From the sequence record OZ196285.1: DNA of 64,000 bases; one strand, 5' to 3'. This document shows, one piece after another, positions 28,859 through 37,960 of this stretch. How positions within the stretch are numbered: the first letter of the stretch is position 1; every line of letters begins with the position of its first letter. The notes under the pieces are model-generated. The model searched no databases, had not been told where the DNA came from, and saw nothing but the letters and a program-made list of their open reading frames with translations. Position numbers and translations under genes: made by a program.

Positions 28859-29102
28859 ACTACCTGTATACGCTGCATTTATCATACTGGCTATCGTTTT
28901 ATGTAGCATAGTTTCAATCTTCTTGCCAATCTACATGGCGTCTGAACACAGCTATGCGCCTATTATGTTCGTCGTCATGGTAATCGGATTACCTGGCACA
29001 ATCGTTGGGTGCGGCATTGTATTGATTCTACTGTTTATGCAGTACCTAGACGATAAAAACTGGTGGAACAGATTCACATCAATCAGAGACTTCAAACAAT
29101 GA
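28851..29102 (+). CDS. Two-TM membrane protein
   Basis: Two hydrophobic helices; GAGG RBS. Confidence 0.65.
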   Translation: MNELPVYAAFIILAIVLCSIVSIFLPIYMASEHSYAPIMFVVMVIGLPGTIVGCGIVLILLFMQYLDDKNWWNRFTSIRDFKQ

Positions 29103-29428
29103 GAACATTGTCAGTGCACCACGCACAAAACACAACAGCATTAGTCGTTGAACGCACAATTGATATTCGTGGACAATACGGTATGCGATTTCGTGAATTA
29201 GCTGATCTCAACGTTCTATTCGTTGAAAAGACGGACGGTTGGCAATTGGTTAAGTGTCGATATCTATCGACTGAAACGGTGAAAGATCTACGTTTCTGCA
29301 CAATCAAAGGTGCAGTGACGTTCTTGAACGCGATTCTAATCGACGTTGGTCAAGAAACAATCAAAAGTGTGTTTGAAACAGCCACTGTAACTGCAACAAT
29401 CCATACACTCAGAGAGGTGAAGCTATGA
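29099..29428 (+). CDS. Hypothetical protein
   Basis: ATGA-coupled start at 29099. Confidence 0.6.
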   Translation: MRTLSVHHAQNTTALVVERTIDIRGQYGMRFRELADLNVLFVEKTDGWQLVKCRYLSTETVKDLRFCTIKGAVTFLNAILIDVGQETIKSVFETATVTATIHTLREVKL

Positions 29429-29703
29429 CATTTGAAACAAAGAAAATTGGCTACTTTGCACAAGTAACTGAAATCGAATTCGGATGGGGTTCTCGACCAG
29501 ATGGTATCGTAATTGCAGGCTCGAAAGAGGGCATTGAAAAGCTTCGTCAGGTATTCGACACAACGAAGAGCGAATATGGATACAACACGATTGGTGAAAT
29601 TCACCAGTTCGAGCCGAATCACAAAGCAGAATCTACACTAGGCGAACGTGACTACGCTTGGTGTAATGAAAATCACGTCACAAAATACGGCACACGTTTA
29701 TAA
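29425..29703 (+). CDS. Hypothetical protein
   Basis: GAGG RBS; EIEFGWGSRPDG motif. Confidence 0.65.
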   Translation: MTFETKKIGYFAQVTEIEFGWGSRPDGIVIAGSKEGIEKLRQVFDTTKSEYGYNTIGEIHQFEPNHKAESTLGERDYAWCNENHVTKYGTRL

Positions 29704-29712
29704 GGGAACATC

Positions 29713-29946
29713 ATGGGACTACTATTTTTACTATCACTATTCATCGGCATTTGGCTTCTTGCTCACTTACCAATCAAACAGTCAATATACATCACGCAGC
29801 CTCGCAAGTTGTGGGCTGAGTTTACACGTCTTCAGCAATTAGTCGCGATTCTCGGCATTGTTGGCGTGCTTGCATACGCAGCGATCATCGGTATCTATCG
29901 TCTTGCTATGAAAATTCAGAACTCTGACTTCAACAATAAGCGTTAA
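29713..29946 (+). CDS. Membrane protein
   Basis: Two hydrophobic segments. Confidence 0.6.
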   Translation: MGLLFLLSLFIGIWLLAHLPIKQSIYITQPRKLWAEFTRLQQLVAILGIVGVLAYAAIIGIYRLAMKIQNSDFNNKR

Positions 29947-29948
29947 CT

Positions 29949-30116
29949 ATGATTCTGATCTATAGTGAATCAGAGAATCAGTACATTGTACAGCTCGGGT
30001 GTGATGTGTGTATGCACCCGCGCAAAGACAAAGCGACTGATTTCAAGCTGCGTTCTAACGCTCAAGCGTACATCGACAAGTGGGACTTGTGGGACTGGGA
30101 GATAGTCGAATGCTAA
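29949..30116 (+). CDS. Small hypothetical protein (55 aa)
   Basis: Fills gap, overlaps next start; not in ORF track. Confidence 0.45.
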   Translation: MILIYSESENQYIVQLGCDVCMHPRKDKATDFKLRSNAQAYIDKWDLWDWEIVEC

Positions 30117-30448
30117 TCAACAATCATGTAATGCGCATTCAGAAAGACGACGCAAAGTTTGAACGCTATCGACGCGGGCAAGCAGCACGTCGCATCATGG
30201 GTGAGCTGATACGCAACATGGCTAAAGATCATATGCGATTCACGGTAGCAACGTACGTGCTGTATAAAGAACATGACATTGATATCGTCGAAAAGCTGCT
30301 GCGATACAACGACATCGAAGCGCGTGTCAAAGTCGTTGATGTTGTCGGCAAACTACCCGATTGCGTGAACGAGATTCATGGCATTGGATTTGAAGTTGAC
30401 CGACACAAGCCGAAGCTGAAGAACGCGCTCCAGCGATTTTTAAAGTAA
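30110..30448 (+). CDS. Hypothetical protein
   Basis: GGGAG RBS before ATG 30110. Confidence 0.6.
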   Translation: MLINNHVMRIQKDDAKFERYRRGQAARRIMGELIRNMAKDHMRFTVATYVLYKEHDIDIVEKLLRYNDIEARVKVVDVVGKLPDCVNEIHGIGFEVDRHKPKLKNALQRFLK

Positions 30449-30472
30449 CCGACATTCATTGAGGGTTAAATA

Positions 30473-30757
30473 ATGATAGTTAACATTGCTCATCACTCAT
30501 TTGATGTCTATATCGGTCGTGGCACTCCATTTGGAAATCCATTCAAATCGGGAGTTGACGGCACTCGAAGCGAAGTAATCGAACTTTACCGATATTGGCT
30601 ATTGGAACAACTCAAAGACGACGAATTTAAACGCGCCTTTCTTGCACTGAAAGGCAAGATTCTCGGGTGCCACTGCAAGCCTAAAGCTTGTCATGGTGAT
30701 GTCATTCTCCAAGAACTGAGTAGATTAAGCAGCCCATTAAACAATTTCATAGGCTAG
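30473..30757 (+). CDS. DUF4326 family protein
   Basis: DVYIGRGTPFGNPF...LKGKILGCHCKPKACHGDV. Confidence 0.9.
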   Translation: MIVNIAHHSFDVYIGRGTPFGNPFKSGVDGTRSEVIELYRYWLLEQLKDDEFKRAFLALKGKILGCHCKPKACHGDVILQELSRLSSPLNNFIG

Positions 30758-30760
30758 TTT

Positions 30761-31549
30761 ATGATTATTTTCAACCAATTAAACGAAAAAACATTCGATA
30801 TCGATGATGAAGTCGATTATCTGTATGACTTGTTTTTCCGAGAGTTTATCGAATCATTCGATCCGAACGACTTGCAAGTTCTACCATCAAACTTTGGCGC
30901 GATTTCGGGCCCTGACTTCGTTGAAGACTCAAACAATCCAGACATTGAAGAAGCGCATGACCGCATTTGGCTAGAAGAGATCACTACGAACGTACGACGT
31001 GGTAACGTGTATGTGCCAAGCGGTGGTGAAGCATCAATCAACTTCTCAATTCCGTCAAGTGCTTACAAAGCATACGAAGCAGGCATCGTCAGACAGCTAT
31101 CAGCTAAAGACCAGAAAGCAATCAAGAATGAAATGACCGAAGCACGCATGAAAGGTACGATTATGCATGAGCTGTCGCACTGGATGAATGATGCATTTGG
31201 TAATCAGTTCTTGTCGAAGCGTAAGCGCAAAGCAGACTTGAGTGGCAACGCGAATAAGACACTGAATCAAGGTAAAGCACGCGGTCATCAATTCTTGACT
31301 GACTATGAGCTTGATGCTCAGATTCACGCGATATACCAATACCGACGCTCTAACCCGCGTAAATGGGAAACAATGACGCTAGGCGAAGCTCTAGAAGAAA
31401 TGCCATTCCATAGACCTCTTGAAGACTCATTGACTCGCAAAGAGTACAAAGAGTGGAAGAAGTACATGTACACACGACTTGCACGTGAAAACATGCTAGG
31501 TCGTCGCATGAAGAAAGCTCGTAGTTTAGACGAAGCAGAGGTGAAGTGA
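30761..31549 (+). CDS. Zincin-like metallopeptidase, candidate internal head protein
   Basis: IMHELSHWM (HExxH) plus YELDA; MIIFNQLNE N-term. Confidence 0.6.
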   Translation: MIIFNQLNEKTFDIDDEVDYLYDLFFREFIESFDPNDLQVLPSNFGAISGPDFVEDSNNPDIEEAHDRIWLEEITTNVRRGNVYVPSGGEASINFSIPSSAYKAYEAGIVRQLSAKDQKAIKNEMTEARMKGTIMHELSHWMNDAFGNQFLSKRKRKADLSGNANKTLNQGKARGHQFLTDYELDAQIHAIYQYRRSNPRKWETMTLGEALEEMPFHRPLEDSLTRKEYKEWKKYMYTRLARENMLGRRMKKARSLDEAEVK

Positions 31550-31842
31550 TGAGAGAAGCAATCGCATTAATCAACAGCTCCAAGATGTCTTGTACTGACC
31601 TAAGTGCATTCGGCGACCCTGTTATGTACGTACACGCGGGGCATGAGACGATTCTCAAGGTTCAATATACCGAAGACTGCTATTCATTCTTAGACTATCG
31701 CACTGATTATCTGTTCACAGAGCAGAGCATCGACGATCTTGAACTGCATATTAAATCTATCGAAGTCGGTCTCGAAGACGATCTTGACCTGAACGGCAAC
31801 ATCGACCACGATACAATACCAGACGGGGTATTTCTACAATGA
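31546..31842 (+). CDS. Acidic hypothetical protein
   Basis: GAGG RBS, coupled to neighbours. Confidence 0.6.
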   Translation: MMREAIALINSSKMSCTDLSAFGDPVMYVHAGHETILKVQYTEDCYSFLDYRTDYLFTEQSIDDLELHIKSIEVGLEDDLDLNGNIDHDTIPDGVFLQ

Positions 31843-32690
31843 AATTCAGTGAATATCAGGCGCAATTAGACGAAGCGTTCGATACACCAGTCAAAATTGA
31901 CCGACGTAATCTGCGTTCGTCTCACTTTAGAATTGATGATGTTGAATACATGATTGAGTATTACGACAACTATGAGGGCACGCTTGACGTGTCGTTTATG
32001 GCTCGTGATGTTGGAGAAGCAGCGTACAAGTATACACTTCGTCACTCAGACACCAAAACAGCACTGAAAGTGTTCAGTACCGTGATATCAGAGACGCAAC
32101 ACCGCATTGACAACGCAGAAGTTGAGTATTCGAAGATCAAGTTTAGTGCATTCGAAGATGACGACAAGAAAGAAGCTGCTAAACGCGCCCGTTTGTATAA
32201 GCGCATGGCTGAACGATTCGCCGCAAATGGCGATTGGAAGCTCCGAGTGTATGGTGGCGATTCATTTGTATTAACCAAAACGGTGAAACTGCCAGACGCG
32301 ACGGGATACTCAAAGTCGTTCGGGCAAGAGCATCTTGATCTATACAACATCAACGACGCGGCGATCATTGAAGTGATTGGTCAGAGCAGCGCGGGCGTGT
32401 GGAGTCTTGCTAATAATGAGCGTCTACGCATCACTAATGGTGTTGTTAGCTTATCGAGCGGCTCGATTCAGTCACTAGACAGTTGGTGGGATGCATTCCA
32501 CGAGCTAGAATGGTACGACGAAGAGAATGGTGAACAGTTCTACGATACGAATCAACGTATCTGTGAAATCGCTGGTAAAATCTGGGTCGTTGGTGACATG
32601 ACCATCACTGTATGGCCAACACTGAACGCACTTGAGCGTGAATCTGACATGGAAGTGTCGTCAGTTACATCAATGATGCTCGAATTTTAA
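31839..32690 (+). CDS. Candidate internal head protein
   Basis: MKFSEYQAQLDEAF CTS-like; VFSTV...IKFSA...LY segment resembles N-domain of 23052 ORF. Confidence 0.6.
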   Translation: MKFSEYQAQLDEAFDTPVKIDRRNLRSSHFRIDDVEYMIEYYDNYEGTLDVSFMARDVGEAAYKYTLRHSDTKTALKVFSTVISETQHRIDNAEVEYSKIKFSAFEDDDKKEAAKRARLYKRMAERFAANGDWKLRVYGGDSFVLTKTVKLPDATGYSKSFGQEHLDLYNINDAAIIEVIGQSSAGVWSLANNERLRITNGVVSLSSGSIQSLDSWWDAFHELEWYDEENGEQFYDTNQRICEIAGKIWVVGDMTITVWPTLNALERESDMEVSSVTSMMLEF

Positions 32691-32696
32691 TCAAAC

Positions 32697-32769
32697 AGCC
32701 CCGAATAGGGGCTTTTTTAGGTCTAAACGATAGAAAGCGGTTGCGTGAACTATCAATAAACCCTATTAT
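32697..32769 (+). promoter_or_regulatory. Terminator followed by early promoter
   Basis: AGCCCC-GAATA-GGGGCTTTTT; TTGCGT-17bp-TATTAT at 32741-32769. Confidence 0.7.
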
Positions 32770-32806
32770 AGCTCTATCGAAACGAAACAACGAAAGAGAG
32801 AACAAC

Positions 32807-33106
32807 ATGGACATTACAGGTAAGATTGAAATCAACCCAAAGCAGTTCGTGAACTTGCCTTGGTCGAACGTGAAGACACACGTGATTGTGGGTCAATCAA
32901 GTGAGCACATCAACGAACGATTCAATCAGCCAGGCGAGATCGAAACGTCAAACATCAATTACATTGACATCGTAGGAAACAACGTGTACGCTATAACGCA
33001 TTCTAAGAGTCGTTACTTGCTTACCAACGTATCAGTCGAAGAAGTGACTGAAATGGTCGCTGAAGCGAAAGAGCGCGACATCAACATCGCTATTTACACT
33101 GCCTAA
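32807..33106 (+). CDS. Hypothetical early protein
   Basis: gagagaacaacATG leader. Confidence 0.7.
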   Translation: MDITGKIEINPKQFVNLPWSNVKTHVIVGQSSEHINERFNQPGEIETSNINYIDIVGNNVYAITHSKSRYLLTNVSVEEVTEMVAEAKERDINIAIYTA

Positions 33107-33130
33107 TCAATTACTTTAAAGAGAGAACTT

Positions 33131-33448
33131 ATGTCTATTCTAGTTAACTACACTGCTGCTATCGAACTATCAACTAAAACTTTCGCTGCTGACGCACGCA
33201 TCGTAGGTCGTTTCTTTAACTCTCACGTCGGTCACGAACAAGGCGAAGAAACTAAGACAGCTCCTGTCAAGTCTTTTAAAGTAATCGACAACAAAGTCTA
33301 CGCTGAAACTGCGTGCGCTGTGTTTCACATTCGCGGCATGAACTCAGTGTCTCTAGCTAACTTCAACACACTGAATCTACCAGTGTACATCAAGAAAGCT
33401 GATCCTGAGTTTGACGAAATGGTTCGCTCAGTTCGCGCAGAAAGCTAA
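33131..33448 (+). CDS. Hypothetical protein
   Basis: gagagaacttATG leader; strong codon bias. Confidence 0.7.
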   Translation: MSILVNYTAAIELSTKTFAADARIVGRFFNSHVGHEQGEETKTAPVKSFKVIDNKVYAETACAVFHIRGMNSVSLANFNTLNLPVYIKKADPEFDEMVRSVRAES

Positions 33449-33906
33449 TGTTCCCTCGCAATAAGCAATATTATGACTTGGTGTTTCTTGACATCGCCAA
33501 GTCATTTGCAAAGAAAAGCACTTGCAGACAGAAGTCTGTGGGTGCTGTCATCGTCAAGAACGATAGAATTATTTCACACGGTTACAATGGCGTGCCTAGT
33601 GGCGTCGAACACTGTAATCAAACTGAGTCGTACGGCGACTTAACTCACCGTGAATGGTCAGAAATTCACGAAATACATGCTGAACAAAACGCAATATCAT
33701 ACGCAGCACGAGCAGGCATAGCAACAGATGGGGCTACAATGTACGTGACTACCTCACCATGTCATACGTGCGCGAAACTTATCGTTGCATCGGGTATCAA
33801 AATCTTAATTGTCGGTTCAATCTATAGTGGCTCACAGCCCGATTGGTATCAGTGGTTAGAACAGCGCGGTGTTACTGTAATCAGCTTTGATGAAGAATAT
33901 GTTTAA
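33448..33906 (+). CDS. cd: dCMP deaminase
   Basis: S.C...VGAVIV, GYNG, HAEQNA, SPCHTCAK. Confidence 0.93.
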   Translation: MFPRNKQYYDLVFLDIAKSFAKKSTCRQKSVGAVIVKNDRIISHGYNGVPSGVEHCNQTESYGDLTHREWSEIHEIHAEQNAISYAARAGIATDGATMYVTTSPCHTCAKLIVASGIKILIVGSIYSGSQPDWYQWLEQRGVTVISFDEEYV

Positions 33907-33955
33907 TATAAGTAATTCGGACTTATAATAAACTATCAATATAGAGAGTAATATC

Positions 33956-34849
33956 ATGAAAAGTACAATGTTTCTTCAAAACGTCACTGTTATAGATCAC
34001 GCGTGGGTCGATGACAAAGGCGAAATCAACGGCAACAGCTATAATCTGTGTGTCGAAATCACTGGCGAAATCGATGAACAAGAACAAGTCGTAATTGACT
34101 TCAGTGGCTGTAAGAAAGCAATCAAACATCTTGTAGATGATTCTGAGTTCGCTATCGATCACCGTCTTGTAGTCGTCAATGGTCTATCTGACGCAATTGT
34201 CGTGACTGAAGCTGGTAAAATGCATGTCGATACGCCAGTATTCAGTGCAGAAAGCACAGTAAGCGATTGGGTTCAAGTCATCAAGCCGTATCAGTTGTTC
34301 GAAAAGAATCTGTTGATTCCAGTAGACACGAAATACATGAACTACGTGACTGAATACCTAGAGCAAATGCTTCAAGAGCAGCTTGTTAAGCTAGGATACC
34401 CGGTCACACTCGTCACTGTAGAGCTATCAGAGAAGTTTGACCTCCCATCTTGGTCAGAATCACACGTCGAGTTTAATTACGCTCACGGACTGCGTTCAAG
34501 CACTTCATACGGCTGTCAGAACATCGCTCACGGTCACCGTTCATACATTGCTGTTGACGTGAAGACGGGTCCAACGGGTCGCAAAGAGCTGAAGCGCATC
34601 GCTGAAGAAATGTCTGGCTATCTTGCTCACGCAGATAACATCGCAGGTGATCGCTCAGTTGAATACGTATCGGGTCGTGGTTACTTCAGAATGCAGCACG
34701 AAAACACAATCTGGTTGCCAAATGAAACGACTGTTGAGAACTTAACAGAGTTCATTGCACGCAAGTACAAAGACGAGTTTGAAGCAATGGGCGCGAGTCG
34801 TCTATGGGTTTCTGAGGGTCTGAGTAAAGGCGCTGTTGTTTCACTATAA
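33956..34849 (+). CDS. queD: 6-carboxytetrahydropterin synthase, bimodular QueD-like
   Basis: N-half VIDF..K...DH; C-half CQNIAHGH and TTVEN; cluster context. Confidence 0.8.
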   Translation: MKSTMFLQNVTVIDHAWVDDKGEINGNSYNLCVEITGEIDEQEQVVIDFSGCKKAIKHLVDDSEFAIDHRLVVVNGLSDAIVVTEAGKMHVDTPVFSAESTVSDWVQVIKPYQLFEKNLLIPVDTKYMNYVTEYLEQMLQEQLVKLGYPVTLVTVELSEKFDLPSWSESHVEFNYAHGLRSSTSYGCQNIAHGHRSYIAVDVKTGPTGRKELKRIAEEMSGYLAHADNIAGDRSVEYVSGRGYFRMQHENTIWLPNETTVENLTEFIARKYKDEFEAMGASRLWVSEGLSKGAVVSL

Positions 34850-34919
34850 GTAAAACTCAATCGAAGTTTAATAGCACGCATTGTCGTGCTATTATTGTTT
34901 TCTACAATGAGGAAATGAA

Positions 34920-35588
34920 ATGTTAGACAGAAAAAAAACTAATCCTGAGCTTGGAGCTCAAGTTGAAGCGCATCTTAAATCTATCGGGATGCACACGCCG
35001 ACTGTGAATAACGGTCTAACTGATGAACAAAAGCGTGACATTCTTGAAGAAAAGTTCACTGAAATCATGACAACACTTGGTCTCGATCTGAGCGATGATT
35101 CGCTGCAAGATACGCCAAATCGTTGGGCTAAGATGATGGTGAACGACTTAATGGCAGGTCTATCTCCCGATCTGTTCCCTAAGTGTACGGCAGTTGACAA
35201 CAAAATGAACTACGATCAGATGGTTTGTGAGAAAGGCATTAGCGTGTTATCGCAATGTGAGCATCACATTCAGACGATTGACGGCTTCGCGACTGTTGCT
35301 TACATCCCGAAACAAAAGGTGCTAGGTCTTTCTAAGATGAATCGCATCGTCGAGTATTTTTCTCGTCGCCCGCAGATTCAAGAACGTCTGACTGTTCAGA
35401 TTGCTGAAGCTCTGAAATTCATTCTTGAAACTGACGACGTGGCCGTTCTGCTAGATTGCAAACATTACTGTGTGAAAGCACGAGGTGTAGAAGATAGCGG
35501 CTCAAGCACTGTGACTAGTCATCTTGGTGGAGCCTTTCGTAACGAAGCTGATGCACGTGCCGAATTCATGTCTCTTTCAAGAGGTTAA
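34920..35588 (+). CDS. folE: GTP cyclohydrolase I
   Basis: LQDTPNRWAKM, SQCEHH, GLSKMNRIVE.FSRRPQIQERL, HYCVKARG. Confidence 0.97.
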   Translation: MLDRKKTNPELGAQVEAHLKSIGMHTPTVNNGLTDEQKRDILEEKFTEIMTTLGLDLSDDSLQDTPNRWAKMMVNDLMAGLSPDLFPKCTAVDNKMNYDQMVCEKGISVLSQCEHHIQTIDGFATVAYIPKQKVLGLSKMNRIVEYFSRRPQIQERLTVQIAEALKFILETDDVAVLLDCKHYCVKARGVEDSGSSTVTSHLGGAFRNEADARAEFMSLSRG

Positions 35589-35591
35589 TTG

Positions 35592-36965
35592 ATGATAATT
35601 GAATATGTGATGTCAGCGACTGGTCATGCTCGACTAGGTGCGGCACATAAATTGATGGACGTCGTGGATACATCGTATCTGCGCGACATCTTGAACACTG
35701 CACAAGATCTTGATGGTGTACACAAAATCTCAATGCTATACAACGCGTATACTGAGAAGAAAGTGGGACATCAAATCAACGACTTGTTCGGTGATTCAGT
35801 GTACAAGGTACACGTCGATTCTGGTGGTCTGCAAATCGTCAACTTAGGCTTAGAAAATACGCCTGTTCTGCGTAAAGCAGTATACGAGAATCAAGCTGAG
35901 TCGGGTGATATTGGCATGTGCTTCGATGAAATCCCGTTGCACAATGAAGCCAAAGGTGGCGGGGCTGCTCGTATCAACACGAAAGACAAAGTGTTCATGT
36001 ACGATCTAGCATTCGCTTACGGTGCTAAGACTGGTAAGAACATTCGCGCTCAAATCGAGACGTACATCGAGACTGGCAGCGACTGTAAGCCTTACATCAT
36101 ATTGCAAGGCAACTCAGAAGCTGACTTCATCGCGTTCAGTGACGGCATTATGTCAGAACTTAAAGGTGTTGAGCACTACATCGCGGGGTGTGCTGCTGCC
36201 GATACATGTATTGGTAATGGCGTTCGTGAGTCTATCGACATGATGAGCGTTATTCGTAAGCTGAACATACCTGAACGCGCTAAGAAATCAGTGCATATGC
36301 TAGGTGTTGGCTCAGTTAAGCGTATGCTCCCTGCTGTCGCTCTAATGCGTAGTGGCTATTTCGGTGATGACTTTCATATCAGTTATGATTCAAGCACGCA
36401 CACGGGCTGTCTGACGAATCGTGAGTACACTAACAAGGTTGGTGCACGTAAGAAGATCAGTGGTCACGGCATCATGCGTAATGGCATTAAACAGCCGTCG
36501 CGTGAGCTTGATGAAATGCTTGATGAAGTGCATGGTCGTTTCGGTAAGTGTCTGCCTCGTTCGAAAGAAGAGTTCAAAGAGTTCGCGACACGCTTGTGGC
36601 TTAAAGAACTTGACAAAGAAACGATGACTGACGAAGATATTGTGTTTGAAGTAGCGTGTAACTTGTGTATAATCTTATCTCAAGTGAACAACTTCCAAGC
36701 AATCATTTCTGAAACATTCGACTTAAACACGCCAAAAGCTGCTGACTTATCAGCGTTCTTCGGTGCAGCAGTTGAAGACAAGCAGCCTCAAGAGGGCTTC
36801 AAGAAGTGGTCTAGCATTCGTCGTCTTGACGTTCTAGATAAATTGCTTGATGTGAACACGATTGATGGTTATGAACGTTGGCATACATCGTATGTTGATA
36901 GACTCCCGTCAATGCGTATTCGTCGTGGTCTGACTACAGACTATCCCGATTTTAAAGTACAATAG
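35592..36965 (+). CDS. TGT-fold guanine transglycosylase (DpdA/DpdA2-like)
   Basis: VDSGGLQ, CFDE, ILQG, HMLGVG, YDSS; no CxCxxC Zn site. Confidence 0.8.
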   Translation: MIIEYVMSATGHARLGAAHKLMDVVDTSYLRDILNTAQDLDGVHKISMLYNAYTEKKVGHQINDLFGDSVYKVHVDSGGLQIVNLGLENTPVLRKAVYENQAESGDIGMCFDEIPLHNEAKGGGAARINTKDKVFMYDLAFAYGAKTGKNIRAQIETYIETGSDCKPYIILQGNSEADFIAFSDGIMSELKGVEHYIAGCAAADTCIGNGVRESIDMMSVIRKLNIPERAKKSVHMLGVGSVKRMLPAVALMRSGYFGDDFHISYDSSTHTGCLTNREYTNKVGARKKISGHGIMRNGIKQPSRELDEMLDEVHGRFGKCLPRSKEEFKEFATRLWLKELDKETMTDEDIVFEVACNLCIILSQVNNFQAIISETFDLNTPKAADLSAFFGAAVEDKQPQEGFKKWSSIRRLDVLDKLLDVNTIDGYERWHTSYVDRLPSMRIRRGLTTDYPDFKVQ

Positions 36966-36993
36966 CGCCTACGGGCGCTCTTATGAGGTATAC

Positions 36994-37905
36994 ATGAGTT
37001 CAAACTATGATCAAGTGTCTGCTATTGCAGCAGAACATTTAGGCAAGAAAGCAGGTGATTACAGTGATTTCGTCGATATCGATACGGTTCGACCTGATTT
37101 ACTAGTGGCAATTCCGCGTGAGCTGAATCGTACTGACTATGACATCACGAACGATACGTTCTCTGGTGTTGACGTGTGGCACGGCTTTGAAGTATCAGCA
37201 CTGACAGACAATGGTTTGCCAGTATCGGGTATGGCTAAAGTCATCTACCCTGCTAACTCACCGAACATCGTTGAAAGCAAGTCGATGAAACTGTACTGGA
37301 ACAGCTTCAATATGGCTAAGATTGCAGCACATAAGAGTGACGTGCGCAGAACAATCGAAGTGACAGCAGCACATCATCTATCAGAAGTAATTGGTGCTAA
37401 GGTTGAAGTCGCATTCTTCACAGAGAAAGACACACAGCCGCATGGTATGACGGGCTTTGCTGAACTTGACAAGTATGTCAGTGACGCGACAGTGTTCGAC
37501 TCTGAGCAAGGCGCTGAACCTGATATTCTGCAACCATCGCACGTGAAACGCATGAAAGTGTTCACGCCAAATCTGCGCTCTAATTGTCGCGTTACTCATC
37601 AACCTGACTTTGGTGATCTGTACGTTGATATGGGCGGTGAATCGACGCCAACAGTCGATAGCTTGATGCAATACATTGTGTCATTCAGAAAAGAGAATCA
37701 CTTTCACGAAGAATGTGTGGAAATGATTTACAAAGCATTACAAGACAAATTCTCGCCAAGCTACCTAGTAGTTACGGCATTGTACACTAGACGTGGTGGT
37801 TGGAATATCTGTCCGTCACGCGCTTCAAGTTCAGGTCTTTTGCCAGAAGCATTGATCTCGACTCGTGTCTCGCACACTAACGGTAGTTGTTTATTCCGTC
37901 AGTAA
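36994..37905 (+). CDS. queF: NADPH-dependent 7-cyano-7-deazaguanine reductase, bimodular type
   Basis: ESKSMKLYWNSF NADPH motif, NCRVTHQPDF catalytic Cys, FHEEC, YTRRGG. Confidence 0.9.
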   Translation: MSSNYDQVSAIAAEHLGKKAGDYSDFVDIDTVRPDLLVAIPRELNRTDYDITNDTFSGVDVWHGFEVSALTDNGLPVSGMAKVIYPANSPNIVESKSMKLYWNSFNMAKIAAHKSDVRRTIEVTAAHHLSEVIGAKVEVAFFTEKDTQPHGMTGFAELDKYVSDATVFDSEQGAEPDILQPSHVKRMKVFTPNLRSNCRVTHQPDFGDLYVDMGGESTPTVDSLMQYIVSFRKENHFHEECVEMIYKALQDKFSPSYLVVTALYTRRGGWNICPSRASSSGLLPEALISTRVSHTNGSCLFRQ

Positions 37906-37960
37906 TAAGAGTTATGATGAGCATTCAATCGTGAGTGCTCATTTCCTTGAGAGGTTATAA

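Noticed and set aside
36994-37905. QueF-like amidinotransferase (QueF-L) call
   Set aside because: The NADPH-binding E(S/L)K(S/A)hK(L/Y)(Y/F/W) motif is intact, which indicates a true reductase.
33906-37960. preQ1 riboswitch in the deazaguanine cluster
   Set aside because: No AGAGGTTCTAG-type stem with A-rich tail was found; GAGAGGTT before queC is best explained as an RBS.
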